IMG/VR virus record: IMGVR_UViG_3300021400_001324
Location: 1-64,000 of that record
Source: a virus
Taxonomy: Duplodnaviria > Caudoviricetes
Direction: 5' to 3' (one strand)
DNA length: 64,000 nucleotides
Shown here one piece after another: positions 1 through 10,732 of the stretch. The position numbers and the translations under genes are program-made. The notes under the pieces were generated by a model. The model did no database searches and was not told the origin of the DNA. It saw nothing but the letters and a program-made list of their open reading frames with translations. Positions within the stretch are counted from its first letter, which is position 1. The number at the start of each line of letters is the position of its first letter.

Positions 1-284
1 TTGTCACCAGAACGTTTTAGATAGAAATCTAATTTAAATCGTTTAGCATTCTTAATATCATCATCTGCAGCAACAGCAGCATTAAAACCTGCAATATTAA
101 TCTTAAGCTTTGCGTTCATAGGAGCAATATAAGGATTGCGATAAATAGCAACAACATCCTCATATTTAAACAATTTATTCTCTAGTCTAAGCATATCTTT
201 GCTAGAGTTATCGCCGTTTCCAACAGGATTAACTTCAATCATGTCGGCATCATGAATGAACGTAGTAGTTGTGAAATCAAACAT
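1..284 (-). CDS. crAss-like virion structural protein, 5' part (runs off the window)
   Basis: ATG at 284 gives MFDFTTTTFIHDADMIEVNP...; open to the window edge; lies in the conserved block downstream of the capsid gene. Confidence 0.6.
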   Translation of the reverse strand, partial: MFDFTTTTFIHDADMIEVNPVGNGDNSSKDMLRLENKLFKYEDVVAIYRNPYIAPMNAKLKINIAGFNAAVAADDDIKNAKRFKLDFYLKRSGD

Positions 285-305
285 AATTATTAAATTTAAA
301 GTTTA

Positions 306-1292
306 TTACTATTGCTGGGCTGGTGGTGCAATAGTCTAATTGACCGCCATATTGGTCTATAATCTTGGATCACTTGCGTTTTCCATAATAAGTTTTACCA
401 ACCCATTTAATATCTCTTGACAGACATAATCAGGAAACTCTAGTACCTGAGATGTATCAATGGTGCTGTCAAGTTGTTCTTGTGTAAGTCTTATATATTG
501 TGGAGTTTTTAAATAGTCAACTCGCACTAAAACTGGTTCAAATACAGAATCATCCTTTCCATAACGTATCTCCATTCTAACTGCAGATTTATTACCATAA
601 CGATGTCCAGGAAGTCGTTCAATCTAATCATCCTTTGTAGAATTATATGGGATTTTATCATTTTCATATAATTTTCTAGAAAGACCAGAAAGATTAAGTT
701 TAATTAATCCATTTTCTTCCTTAACGGCAGATATTATCGGATCTGTTCCAGTTCCTAATGGAGATTGTTCATCAGTATTGTACTCGTTAGTTGGAAGTTC
801 ATAAGTACCATCTTCTGTCATTGTATTTACGTTATGAATAAAGAAATACGGTCTTTTATAAGAAGGTCGCATGTAAACATTATTTACAATTTGAGACCAC
901 ATATCTGATGTTAATCTAGAAGCACCAAATTCTACAGTACTTCCATTATCATAACAATCGTATTTCTTTTTTACTTTAAATACAACTAAACAATTTAGAA
1001 TGTGATAATAATCAGGAGGTAATTCTACTTCCCATATATTTTCATAATTTGAACCATAACCACCGTAAACTTTTGTGTCTACTCGTCTTGGCTTTAAAGG
1101 TTGAGTTGCTTTTAAAACTCTTAAGTTATCAGATGTCTATTGACTTGAATCATAGACATTATAACTCATGTTAATATATTGACTAATTGCCTTATTTATA
1201 AAATGATTATAATCTTCAAGGAGTAGACTAGGAGCCTGAACTTTATTTAACTCTGTCAATGCTCCTAGTAATAATTTACGAGCAGTAGTCAT
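306..1292 (-). CDS. crAss-like structural protein (ring/tail-adaptor class), 328 aa, TAG read-through
   Basis: ORF-track fragments 624..902 and 357..575 are in one frame joined by TAG codons; MTTARKLLLGALTELNK...PPAQQ(TAG)-TAA at 306. Confidence 0.7.
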
Positions 1293-1297
1293 ATATT

Positions 1298-2149
1298 TTA
1301 TTCTTTATTTTTAGTCTTTTTATTACTATCTTCTTTAGCTGCTTCGAGTTCAGGATAAGTATCTCTCTTGATAAGTTCAAGTATCTTCTTATTTTTAGGA
1401 TCTTTTAGATAGGCTAGAACCGCATCTTCAGTAATTCCAAGAACTATATCATCTGCATAAACGTAAACCTTGTTTTTGATATTGATGACGTGCTTTTCTC
1501 GAGCTTCAATAATAAGCAAACGAATTCCAGTATCTGAACCAGCATACACATCAATAATTCTTTGAGGATCACGTTGTGCAATATCTAGTAAGTATTCAGT
1601 AACTTCAGAATCTGGTGCAGCTTTCATATCTTTACCAAGTAAACGTGCATGGAATACACGTCCCATAGCACCTTTTTCGTCATCGAAGATATAAGCTTCT
1701 GCTTTATGACGAAGTTGACGAGTACTGATACGTTTAACACTTTCAAGTTCAGGAGCCTCAACATATAGTTCAGCTAAACCATAACGTGCATTCATTTTAC
1801 CACGTGCGTCTTCACCATCAATAAGAAGATTACCTTTTGAATCTCGAGCATCTCTAGATAGAGCAATGATTGATGAATGTTTAATACATTCCCATTCTGC
1901 TTTTTCCCAGGGATCTTCTAGGTTTAATGTTGTTCCATCTTTTACCTCAAAAGTTTGAGTTTCTGGAATTAAAACTTCTCCAGAATTTCTGTCTTTATCA
2001 GACAAAATCATATCACCCATACTATTTACCCTGCGAACACAGTCTGGGTATCGTCCTGTGATAGGGTCTTTTGCTACACCAAGAATATATTTATCTATAA
2101 CCTTGCCATAGACACTTCTCAAAACAATAATATTTTTATCCATAATCAT
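1298..2149 (-). CDS. Conserved crAss-like protein encoded directly after the major capsid gene
   Basis: Intact 283-aa ORF; position in capsid operon. Confidence 0.75.
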   Translation of the reverse strand: MIMDKNIIVLRSVYGKVIDKYILGVAKDPITGRYPDCVRRVNSMGDMILSDKDRNSGEVLIPETQTFEVKDGTTLNLEDPWEKAEWECIKHSSIIALSRDARDSKGNLLIDGEDARGKMNARYGLAELYVEAPELESVKRISTRQLRHKAEAYIFDDEKGAMGRVFHARLLGKDMKAAPDSEVTEYLLDIAQRDPQRIIDVYAGSDTGIRLLIIEAREKHVINIKNKVYVYADDIVLGITEDAVLAYLKDPKNKKILELIKRDTYPELEAAKEDSNKKTKNKE

Positions 2150-2166
2150 TAATCCATATTAAAATA

Positions 2167-2197
2167 TTTAGTAGGGAGAATTAACTCCCTACTAAAT
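2167..2197 (-). terminator. Intrinsic terminator-like hairpin after the capsid gene
   Basis: tttagtagggag-aattaa-ctccctactaaa inverted repeat, T-rich tail on the minus strand. Confidence 0.6.
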
Positions 2198-2253
2198 TTA
2201 AAGTTAAATACTGTATATACTTAAATGTATATACTTAAACTAAGCGTGCAATA

Positions 2254-4666
2254 TTAAGCCTCGCGTAGTATAAAGCTCCTATAAGGATTAAATACAGCGA
2301 TTGAAGCATAACCCCAGTTAACTAGCTTAGAACCAGCTACAGTGCTTGAAACTACACCACTGCTTAGACCATCAAGACCACCTACACCAGCAATCTTGTT
2401 ATACATAAAGTCGCCACCCTTAAGAGTGAACATTGCAACAGCAGGATTACCACTAGCACTATCACTAGTTAAATCAATCATCATTGCAAAGCCCTTATCG
2501 CTACCAAACTCACGAGTAAAGGTTCTATCAACGATGAACGAAATTGTATTACCTGCAAAATTATAAGAATTATAGGTAGCACCTACATTAAGATAACCAT
2601 TAGCTTCTTTAGACCATAGGTATGTACCATCTGGTTTATAGTTAGCAAGCCAAGCACCAAGCTTATTTTGAACATCAAACCATGCCTTTTCGTTGCAAAT
2701 AAAGGCATACTTGTTGCCTGTAGGCTTCTCAGCCTTCTGATTCATCATACCAATAGCTGTTTGCATAGCATCAACAGTCAATTCACTATAAATATACTTG
2801 CTAGCATAGCGTTCGACCTGAGGAATCAAACCGTCATACATATAAATAGGACGATTGGTATTAGGATCTACAATAGTTGCTTTACCATTCTTATCGACGT
2901 TACTCTTACCGAATAAAAGGGCACGGTTACGAACCTCAAGGAAGTTCTTTAACAAGTTCTTCTCAACTGTATCCATCTTGTAAATGGTCTCACTTAGAAG
3001 CTTGCCGTTACCGTCACCTTTACCGATAGAAATAAATTGAGTCTCCATCGCTTTATAAAGTGCAGAATAAGTATCATCACAACGATGTGTACCAATATAA
3101 CCGCGATGTTTCTCAATATTGCTCTAATATTTTACATACATTAATGTTAGCTTTATGTCACCATAAAGATCAGACTATATCTTAATCTAAATATTTAAAT
3201 ACAAATCCTTTACAATGTTCTCGTTTTCCTTGTGCTACTAACTTAGCGTTTTTATAACCAGCTTTTACACAGTCAGTCATTGTATTAAATTCTTCAAGAA
3301 GATTTCCATTATCATCAAATCTACCAACTTTACCTCCAACATAAGGTTTGTCAACAGTCCCCATATTTCTATGTTTTAATTTCTTCATAAAGGGAACTTT
3401 TTCGTAAGAAAACTAATAGCCTAAAAATTGATGCCCTTCTTTAATTGCCCTAGGTAAATGACCTCCACCTTTTGCTGAAGGATTTAAAAATCGGCCTGCA
3501 GAATTCACACTATCAAACTCTCTTACAAAATTTCCATCTAAATCATACATATAAACAGCTTTTCTTGGATTAGCACAATCAGGAAGTCTTCCTCCTAACG
3601 CCAGATTATACACATCCTCTCTTTGTAAAAATTCTTTATTTACTAATTCTTCTTCAAGCTTATACGCATCTTTTTCATTTTCAAATTCTTTTATTGTAGT
3701 TCTAACAAAATTTTTAACTCCGTATTTTTTAACTGCGGATTGAAAAGGAGTTTTAGGGTTCATATAAGTTGCAGGCCTATATATTGATACACCGTTTCCA
3801 ATATAACCATCAAAATCGTCCTGTTCCGTGCCATGTACTCCTATATAAATTTTATTATTGATTTTACAGACTGTTTGATATACTATATATTTCATTTTGT
3901 ATTTAAATTTTAGATTTATTCCATTTCGGAGTTTATTTCTCCTACGTCCTTCGGACTAGTCGTTGAACCTTCCTTAGTACTCCTCGATGAGTTTGTATTA
4001 TCTAAGGCTTGGCTGCTGATTGTCTTAAAAAAGAGTTTCCAGCAATTAGAAATATTTTTTTAATTTTTCGCTGTCGTAGCATCAGCGGAAGAGAGCAATG
4101 TAAAAGGACCATAAAGTCTAAGGATCACCCTCTTCGTGTAACTCGGGCATATAATTTGCTATAAAGCGAGCAGTATCACCAACAGAATATTCTGTGGGGT
4201 CAATACCATTCTTTAAATCAGTAGTAATGTATCGACATTCACAAATCCAATAGTTATTAGCTCTACGAATAGGTCTAGCAATTACTTGGAACTGTTCAAA
4301 GGTGTTATCCATACGGAAAGTATCATATTTCTCAAAATAACGCTCTTTGAAAGCAAACATAATAGAAGTACCATTGCAACCATCACCTTCAGGTGTTGCA
4401 GCAAGTTCTATACGTTTAATGTAATTAGTTTCAACCTCCCATTCGAAAGTCATACTGTCGATCGACTGGAACTTATCAGCCTTCTTCAAATCACGATAGA
4501 AGACGTTTCTAAGAGCTTCAGTAAGATAACCTGCTGTAAGCTCAGGATACATTCTACTTACAATACCCAATCTTTCTGGGCGAGTACCAAGGAACTTATA
4601 GAAATCTTCATAAGTTCTTGTTTCACTCATTGTTGGTCTTTTTGTTATGAAATTTGCTACGATCAT
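2254..4666 (-). CDS. Major capsid protein, spliced (exon 1 4666-4127, exon 2 3138-2254), one in-frame TAG
   Basis: Removing 3139..4126 joins NYMPELHEEG to YVKY(TAG)SNIEKHRGYIGTHRCDD...METQF in frame; sequence style and synteny match crAss-like capsid proteins. Confidence 0.9.
3139..4126 (-). mobile_element. Group I intron (IA2-like) in the capsid gene, 988 nt
   Basis: 5' exon ends in U (GAGGGT), IGS GTCCTTTT pairs with it; core motifs AATTGCTGGAAAC, AATCAGCAGCC, GTTCAACGACTA, AAGATATAGTCT; P7.1/P7.2 hairpins; terminal G at 3139. Confidence 0.9.
3182..3895 (-). CDS. Intron-encoded GIY-YIG homing endonuclease with NUMOD1-type repeats, 237 aa, one TAG
   Basis: MKYIVYQTVCKINNKIYIGVH motif; VYMYDLDGNFVREFDSV and GRFDDNGNLLEEFNTM repeats; TAG at 3413-3415 joins the two ORF-track fragments in frame; lies in the P8 loop. 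Confidence 0.85.
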
Positions 4667-4685
4667 AAACTTAAATCTTTTAAAA

Positions 4686-5717
4686 TTAAATTAAATTGTC
4701 ATATAAATCACCATCTGTTTTAGGTGCTTTATTTGATTTACGTGGTTTCCTTACGACTGCCTTTGCAGAATTGACGTTACCACTTTTTGCATCTTCTACA
4801 CCTCGGTTATAATTGTTTCTAGCAACCTCGGTAATTTGTTGTTTATAATAATTATTTAACTCTCTAAAAGCATCTTGACCTCTAGTTAACCACCAAGCCA
4901 TCTAGAAAATCGCATTAGGGTCGTTCAATGCTTTTGCTATATGTCTTACGCCTGCTGCATCAGAATCGAGAATAAAGCTAGCAACAGTATTCATATCTTC
5001 ATCAGACATTTCCATAGGAATGCCTCCAAGATCAATATCTCTGTTTTGTTCAATAGTATTAAGTATTGTATCTCTGAATTGTCCCATCTGTTGTTCTTGA
5101 GCTTCTCGAGTCTATTCTTCATAATAGGTTCGCTCTTCATCTTCTTTAGCTTTATATTCACTACGTAATGCAGCTATTCGTTTATTAAACAAGTCTTCAT
5201 TGTTTTTTGCATTCGTAAGTTCTTCTACAGCTTCGTCTTCAGTAATATCTGGAATCTTTGATTGAAGATCCATTACAAATAATTCTTCATCTGAATAATC
5301 GTCAATGTTATAAACAGGTTCATTAGACCCTTGATTCTGTAAATAATTCTAAACAGCTTGTTGCGCAATATAATTATTATAATCATCAACTGACCAATTA
5401 TTACTACGCATTGTATTTAGAAGATTGATTTCAGAATCATCCAAATCCGCTGAATCATCACGATCATTCAAGATTGATAACTGATCCTCTAATGATAATT
5501 CATTAAAAGGAACTTCTTCATATCCGTTTTCAGTCTCAAATTTAACTGAATCTGGATTTATACCTTTACTTCTTAGAAAATGATCGAGTACATCACCAGA
5601 ATCATCTTCCTATTCAGAGTACTCATAAGATTCTTCCTAAGATTCTTCCTCATGTTCTTCGACTTGCGGATCATCGTTTTCCAGCAAATCGTCTTCCCAA
5701 TTGTTTAAATCGTCCAT
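4686..5717 (-). CDS. Acidic protein upstream of the capsid gene (scaffold-like), 343 aa, TAG read-through
   Basis: MDDLNNWEDDLLEND...; fragments 4902..5087 and 4686..4901 joined by TAG; very D/E-rich. Confidence 0.7.
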
Positions 5718-5748
5718 AAATCATTAGTTCTTATTAACATTAAATATC

Positions 5749-6396
5749 TCATTTCCGGGATTTTAAATAGTTTATAATCCCTTTTACATGTCCATCAGCA
5801 ATTTTCTATCTACCTTCGTCTGTGGTAAGAAAATCTAAATTCTCTTTGCAAGTATAGAAAAAGTTTTCAGTTAATACTGCAGGACATAAACTTTTTTTAA
5901 TGATATAGAAATTACTTTCATAATCTACATCTCCATCTTTTGTATCTTTACCAAACTTTTTATCTGGCATTTCTTTTTTACAGGCTTCCCAAAGGCAATC
6001 TGCTAATTTGTCGGAATTAGTTTTACCAACAGTTGTCCAGACTGTCCAATAATTAGCTTCAGGAAACCATTCGTTTCCAAGTCCTAAGGCATTAGCATGA
6101 ATACTTACAAGTATTACATTTCCAGCTCCAAGTTTTTTACACCAAGTATTAACTCGATTAACTCTGCTGGCTAAGCTAATATCTTGATCCTCAGGAACTA
6201 GTAATTCTGCATCATAGTGTAATGCCTTTAATTGGTCAACTATTTTCTTTGCTACTAATCGGTTAAAAGTCCCTTCTCTAAAACGCTATTTATAAATAGT
6301 CTCATCGGTCATATCCGTTACTATTGGACTCGCTTTACCTTTTGTATAATCCTTATCTCCGTGACCGTTATCAATTAATATTTTTATATCAGCCAT
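5749..6396 (-). CDS. N-acetylmuramoyl-L-alanine amidase (Amidase_3, endolysin), 215 aa, two TAG
   Basis: KILIDNGHG...REGTFNR...LVSIHAN...PAVLTENFF motifs; TAG at 6286-6288 and 5806-5808; ends in TGA. Confidence 0.9.
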
Positions 6397-6647
6397 AGTA
6401 TACTTCCGACAATTAATCCTGCTATTGTACCAATAGAATCTGCAAATACGTCATACCAATCCCATTTATTATTAGGATTAACTTTATCACCGTATTCTTT
6501 TCCCCAAGCAGCAGCAGTAGATACTAAAATTCCAGAAAGTGCAGCATAATAATAGGGAGAATTAACTACAAAAAATAAGCTCATAGTTAAAAAAGTTAAT
6601 GCCGCACAAGCTAGAAAATGTAATATTTTATCTTTCTATTGTATCAT
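6384..6647 (-). CDS. Small membrane protein (VanZ-like DKILHF motif)
   Basis: MIQ(TAG)KDKILHFLACAAL...WDWYDVFADSIG; hydrophobic segments. Confidence 0.6.
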
Positions 6648-7441
6648 GTACGATATATTTTGCCATCATTAGTAGACACATTTATCGTGTCATATACTGT
6701 ATTACCAGCATTAGGAGCCTCCTCCGTTGCATCAAACGTAAATCCTAATATGATTTTATTAAACGCAAAAGGTTTAGGTAACTATTTGTTAAATTTATCC
6801 AAATATGAATACTTTACATTTATAGGAATACTAGGATTTACTATATCATCTAATTTAACAGTAAGTATTGTTTCTCCATCTTTGCTTAATGTATAAGTTC
6901 TCTATGCTAACTCTGTGTCGTTATCCCACGTACTATTATACTACAAGTCAATTTGGGAAACAAAATCCTACAATAATTCACCATTATCTATAAAACCGCA
7001 ATTAAAACAAAGAACTCCATCATCTTTATTTAAAATTAATAAAGGAGTTTCTTCTTTAATTTTTACTATATCTCCAATAGAATCAGGACTTTTATGTCGA
7101 TAACTAGAAGGTACATATATAGGGAAAGGAAAAACATCTTCTCCAAACTCCTACTATACTACTTCGAGTAGCCTTTCAGTATTTATACTCCAAAAATTAG
7201 GATTATCTATAGTTAAAGAAGTATAATTTCTTATCATAGAGTTTAATATTTCGGGAAGCTCAAAAAGATCCATAGCATCTGGTCCAAAGTATACAACTTC
7301 TTTAGGTAAAACTATATCTCCCTTTAAATACTTTAATACGTTACTTACATACAAAGTAGGTTTACAATCAAAAGATCCTCCTAATACCGTATTGTTAGAA
7401 CTATTACTAGAACTATTAATTAAAGTATAAGATAACTACAT
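6644..7441 (-). CDS. Hypothetical protein, MxLxYxLIN family, second codon is TAG
   Basis: M(TAG)LSYTLINSS...; includes fragment 7154..7354; ends in TGA at 6644. Confidence 0.55.
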
Positions 7442-7713
7442 CATCCTACTGAAATTAACCAGCCACCAAGGCCTCCACCAATAATACCACTTGCTAACAT
7501 TACAATTAGACGAATCTTGTTGAATTTACTATCATCACTAAAGAAATTTCCAAAACAATATGATAGTGCCATAGTGACACCATAAATTATACCAGCAAAT
7601 ACTGCAGATGCAATAGCACCACCATCACGGCCAACAAGAAACGTTAAACAAGCTAGTAAAAAGCAAGTTACAAAACTAATTATACAATTCAAAAAATATT
7701 CTTTCATAATCAT
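7441..7713 (-). CDS. Membrane protein with about 3 transmembrane helices
   Basis: Intact 90-aa hydrophobic, Gly-rich ORF. Confidence 0.6.
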   Translation of the reverse strand: MIMKEYFLNCIISFVTCFLLACLTFLVGRDGGAIASAVFAGIIYGVTMALSYCFGNFFSDDSKFNKIRLIVMLASGIIGGGLGGWLISVG

Positions 7714-8069
7714 TTAATTTTATTAATAATCTATCGCATTAAATATCCAATTAAATAAGCAGCCTGTTCACTGCGTTCTGAAATACCATAATACTAACAA
7801 ATATGAGATTGTACATGTTTTAACTCGTGTACTAAAGTATCAAACCATTGATCTACACTAGTTACATCACTTATACCTACTATAGAAGTTCTTTTCTTTA
7901 AGTTTGAATTAGTTATTCCAGAATTTATTGAGTTCATTATTTCTACAGCTCCTTTTATATTCTCTTTAGATACTTTAATATTCTTTAATACGTTTAACAT
8001 CAAAGGTAATTCTTTTCTATTCAAGAAAAAATAACATTGCCACTTATTTTGAATATTAATATAGATCAT
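7710..8069 (-). CDS. Small zincin-like protein (HELKH), TAG read-through
   Basis: LVHELKHVQSHIC(TAG)YYGISERSEQAAYLIGYL; ends in TGA. Confidence 0.65.
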
Positions 8070-8461
8070 ATCATTTTATCCCATCTTATAACAACGCCCT
8101 TTCTTGCACAATCTGATAAGAACCTATTGAAAGCAATACCGTCATATCCATCCTCATCATCTAAATAGTCTTTAACAAATTTAGCTAATGCGGTATCTGT
8201 GGTAATACTTGATCCAAAGAAATCAGCTTTTGCCATATTAATTACATACAAAGCGTCATATAATATGTCGTTTTCTATCTCTACCTAAGCATTCTTCAAA
8301 ATAGTTTCCAACTATTCTTCAGAAATTGCTTGAAGTTTTTTACCATTTTTTTTCATCTTACTTATAGCAAATTGAGCTAAAGCTTTGCTGAAATGAGGAC
8401 CGTTATATCTTAAATAATTAATCATTTCAGCAGGCATAATATCAAATTGAGTTAAATCCAT
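8066..8461 (-). CDS. Conserved Bacteroidota-phage protein (YLRYNGPHFSK), TAG read-through
   Basis: MDLTQFDIMPAEMINYLRYNGPHFSKALAQFAISKM...IRWDKMI. Confidence 0.65.
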
Positions 8462-8508
8462 AATATTAAATTAAAAAGGAGGGAGAGTAATCTCCCTCCC
8501 TAAAATTA

Positions 8509-8731
8509 TTAATAATCAAATCTTCCTCTATAATTTGATTTACGATTCATACGATAGTTTCTACGTTCGTTCATTTCAAGATCTTCTGTATTTTCAAGCT
8601 CTTCCGTAACCTCACATAGAAGTGTTTTAGCCGCTCATACCTCCCCAACCACGGTTGCCACTTAATGCAAGCAAAGTTGCAAGGTCGTTATTCCCATTTT
8701 CTGGAAAACTAAAAACTTTTGTATCGTCCAT
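8509..8731 (-). pseudogene. Collapsed gene remnants
   Basis: MDDTKVFSFPENGNNDLATLL...GWGGMSG stops at TAA after 34 aa; followed by an out-of-frame Arg-rich tail ending RGRFDY-TAA. Confidence 0.4.
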
Positions 8732-8863
8732 AGAATAATTTTTAAAAGTTAATAAATTAATTTGATATGTATCTAAATTTTATTTACTATAAAACAAATA
8801 TAAATAAATAATTTAACAAATGAAAATAATAAATAAACAATCTAAATTAATTCACATAATGGA

Positions 8864-9253
8864 TCATTGTGTATAAATTAATTTTATTGATTTTTGAACA
8901 GACGTAGTTTCTTTTAACTCAATTGTATTTAGAACGTATCCATTAGATGTATCTATATATTGAAACTTTATACAATCATTAGTTATACAATATAAATTGT
9001 AAATATTACCATTAGCGTCTTTTAAACAAACTACTTGATCGCTATTAACTTTAGATTTAATTAAATTATAATTAAGATCCGAGACACTAAGAAAATTGAT
9101 ATAATTAACTTTAGTTTGTCCGTTGTTAATAGAAGAAACCGGAGTTTTTAAAAGTTTTTCTATTATACGTAACTCCTATTTTATAAATTTAATATCTATA
9201 GCATTTATAGTAATCTGTTTAAATGCGCTAAATAAATTTTTAAGATGTTTCAT
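8864..9253 (-). CDS. Hypothetical protein, 129 aa, one TAG
   Basis: ATG overlaps the upstream TAA (TAATG); frame checked to TGA at 8864. Confidence 0.55.
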
Positions 9254-10725
9254 TACGTTGTCTATATCTTTATTACACAAGCTTTATAGTATTTATGATT
9301 TCCATCATCATCTGTTCCTGTTTGATATGTGCCAGGAGGATAAAATTCGCATTTAAAACTAGATAGGATTTCATTATTATCATCATCTGTTCCTGTTTGA
9401 TCTGTGTTAGAATCTCTATTCGAAAAAATACTCAAAGAAGTATAATTATTTTCCGTCCAATAGGCCCTAAACGTTCCTGTATAAATATCTCCATGTTGTG
9501 TAAGATTGACAGTTACCTAATTTGTTTCAACTTGTGGAAAACCATTACTTAATATGTTAGGCTAACCGTCTATCATTATAATTCTTCCAAGGGTAGAGCC
9601 TGTTAATCGAAAACTAACTGAACTTAAATTTGTAAATTGATCATAATAACTATATTCTAAAGATTCCTTAAGTATTGACGGATCATCTTCATCTTGATTA
9701 TAAACTCTAATTATATACTCGCCTGACTATTTTGAAAATAAAGGTTTATTTACGATATATTTTGCATAAAAATGTGGATTATTGTCAGAATCTAATCTAA
9801 CTGTAATGTTGAAAAATTTATCTAGATGAAAATCATAATAAACTCCAGATTTAATATCGCCTATATTAATTCTTGGAATCTGTGCATTTGATGTTTCATT
9901 GTATAAAGGAACTATCTGCACAGGGTATTCTTTTCTTTCCGATATCCAGTATATCATTTCATTTACTATTTTGACTTCATCACTACTACCATCTCCACTC
10001 TTATTAAAGAAATCCTTATAACGAGTTTCTATTAGATTTTTATACTCTAAACTAGAATTATATAATACATATAAGCAACTTCTATCATCTACATCCCATA
10101 TACCATTATCGTTTAAATCTAATGGTTGAAATTTAAACTTTATATAAGGATTTGTTCTAACCGCTTTATCAGAAATATTAAAATCAGATGTAGCAAATAT
10201 TACAGTATCACTAGGCTTATTTTTTATATAATCTACTTTAGTATTATCATCCTATGCCCAATTTGACTATATCTAACCTAGAGATGATCCACCACTAATA
10301 GTTCCTAAATTAACTACTCCGTTTTCATCAGGAGTATATGATTTCCCATTAACTACAATTTCTTTTACGTAGTTTTTTAATGTATTGTTAAATTCTTCTC
10401 TAGTAATGAGATTTCCCGTTAGCTAATCTAATAAGTCATTTAAGTGATCTTTCCAATCTCCAAATAAAGTTTCAAATAGCTCACGAATGCCCTCATAATC
10501 TTGTTCATCTAGTCTGTCATTTATTCTCTAGAGAGCTGCTTGTAATTTATCCAATTCTGATTTTACTGTTGTTTCTCCATTACAGTCCATTAATACTGCT
10601 GAAGCTTGAGTAATATAATACACTGTTTTATTTGTGCATTCATCAACTGGCTATTTATAAACAAAATCACAAGGATCTGGTTTACACTAAGTTGTTGTTG
10701 TTTCTTTACAATTACAATTTTTCAT
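9253..10725 (-). CDS. Tail-fibre-associated protein, about 490 aa, many TAG
   Basis: Cys-rich N-terminus; QSNWAQDDNTKVDYIKNKP motif typical of phage tail-fibre proteins; includes fragment 9727..9957 in frame. Confidence 0.6.
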
Positions 10726-10732
10726 AGTTTAT

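Noticed and set aside
2342-4723. Plus-strand ORFs 2342..2566, 2668..2916 and 4286..4723
   Set aside because: Antisense shadows of the capsid gene; the same applies to most short ORFs opposite long genes
9296-9410. 21-nt direct repeat near the 3' end of a tail gene as a DGR template/variable pair
   Set aside because: Too short, no adenine-specific mismatch pattern, and no reverse transcriptase in the window
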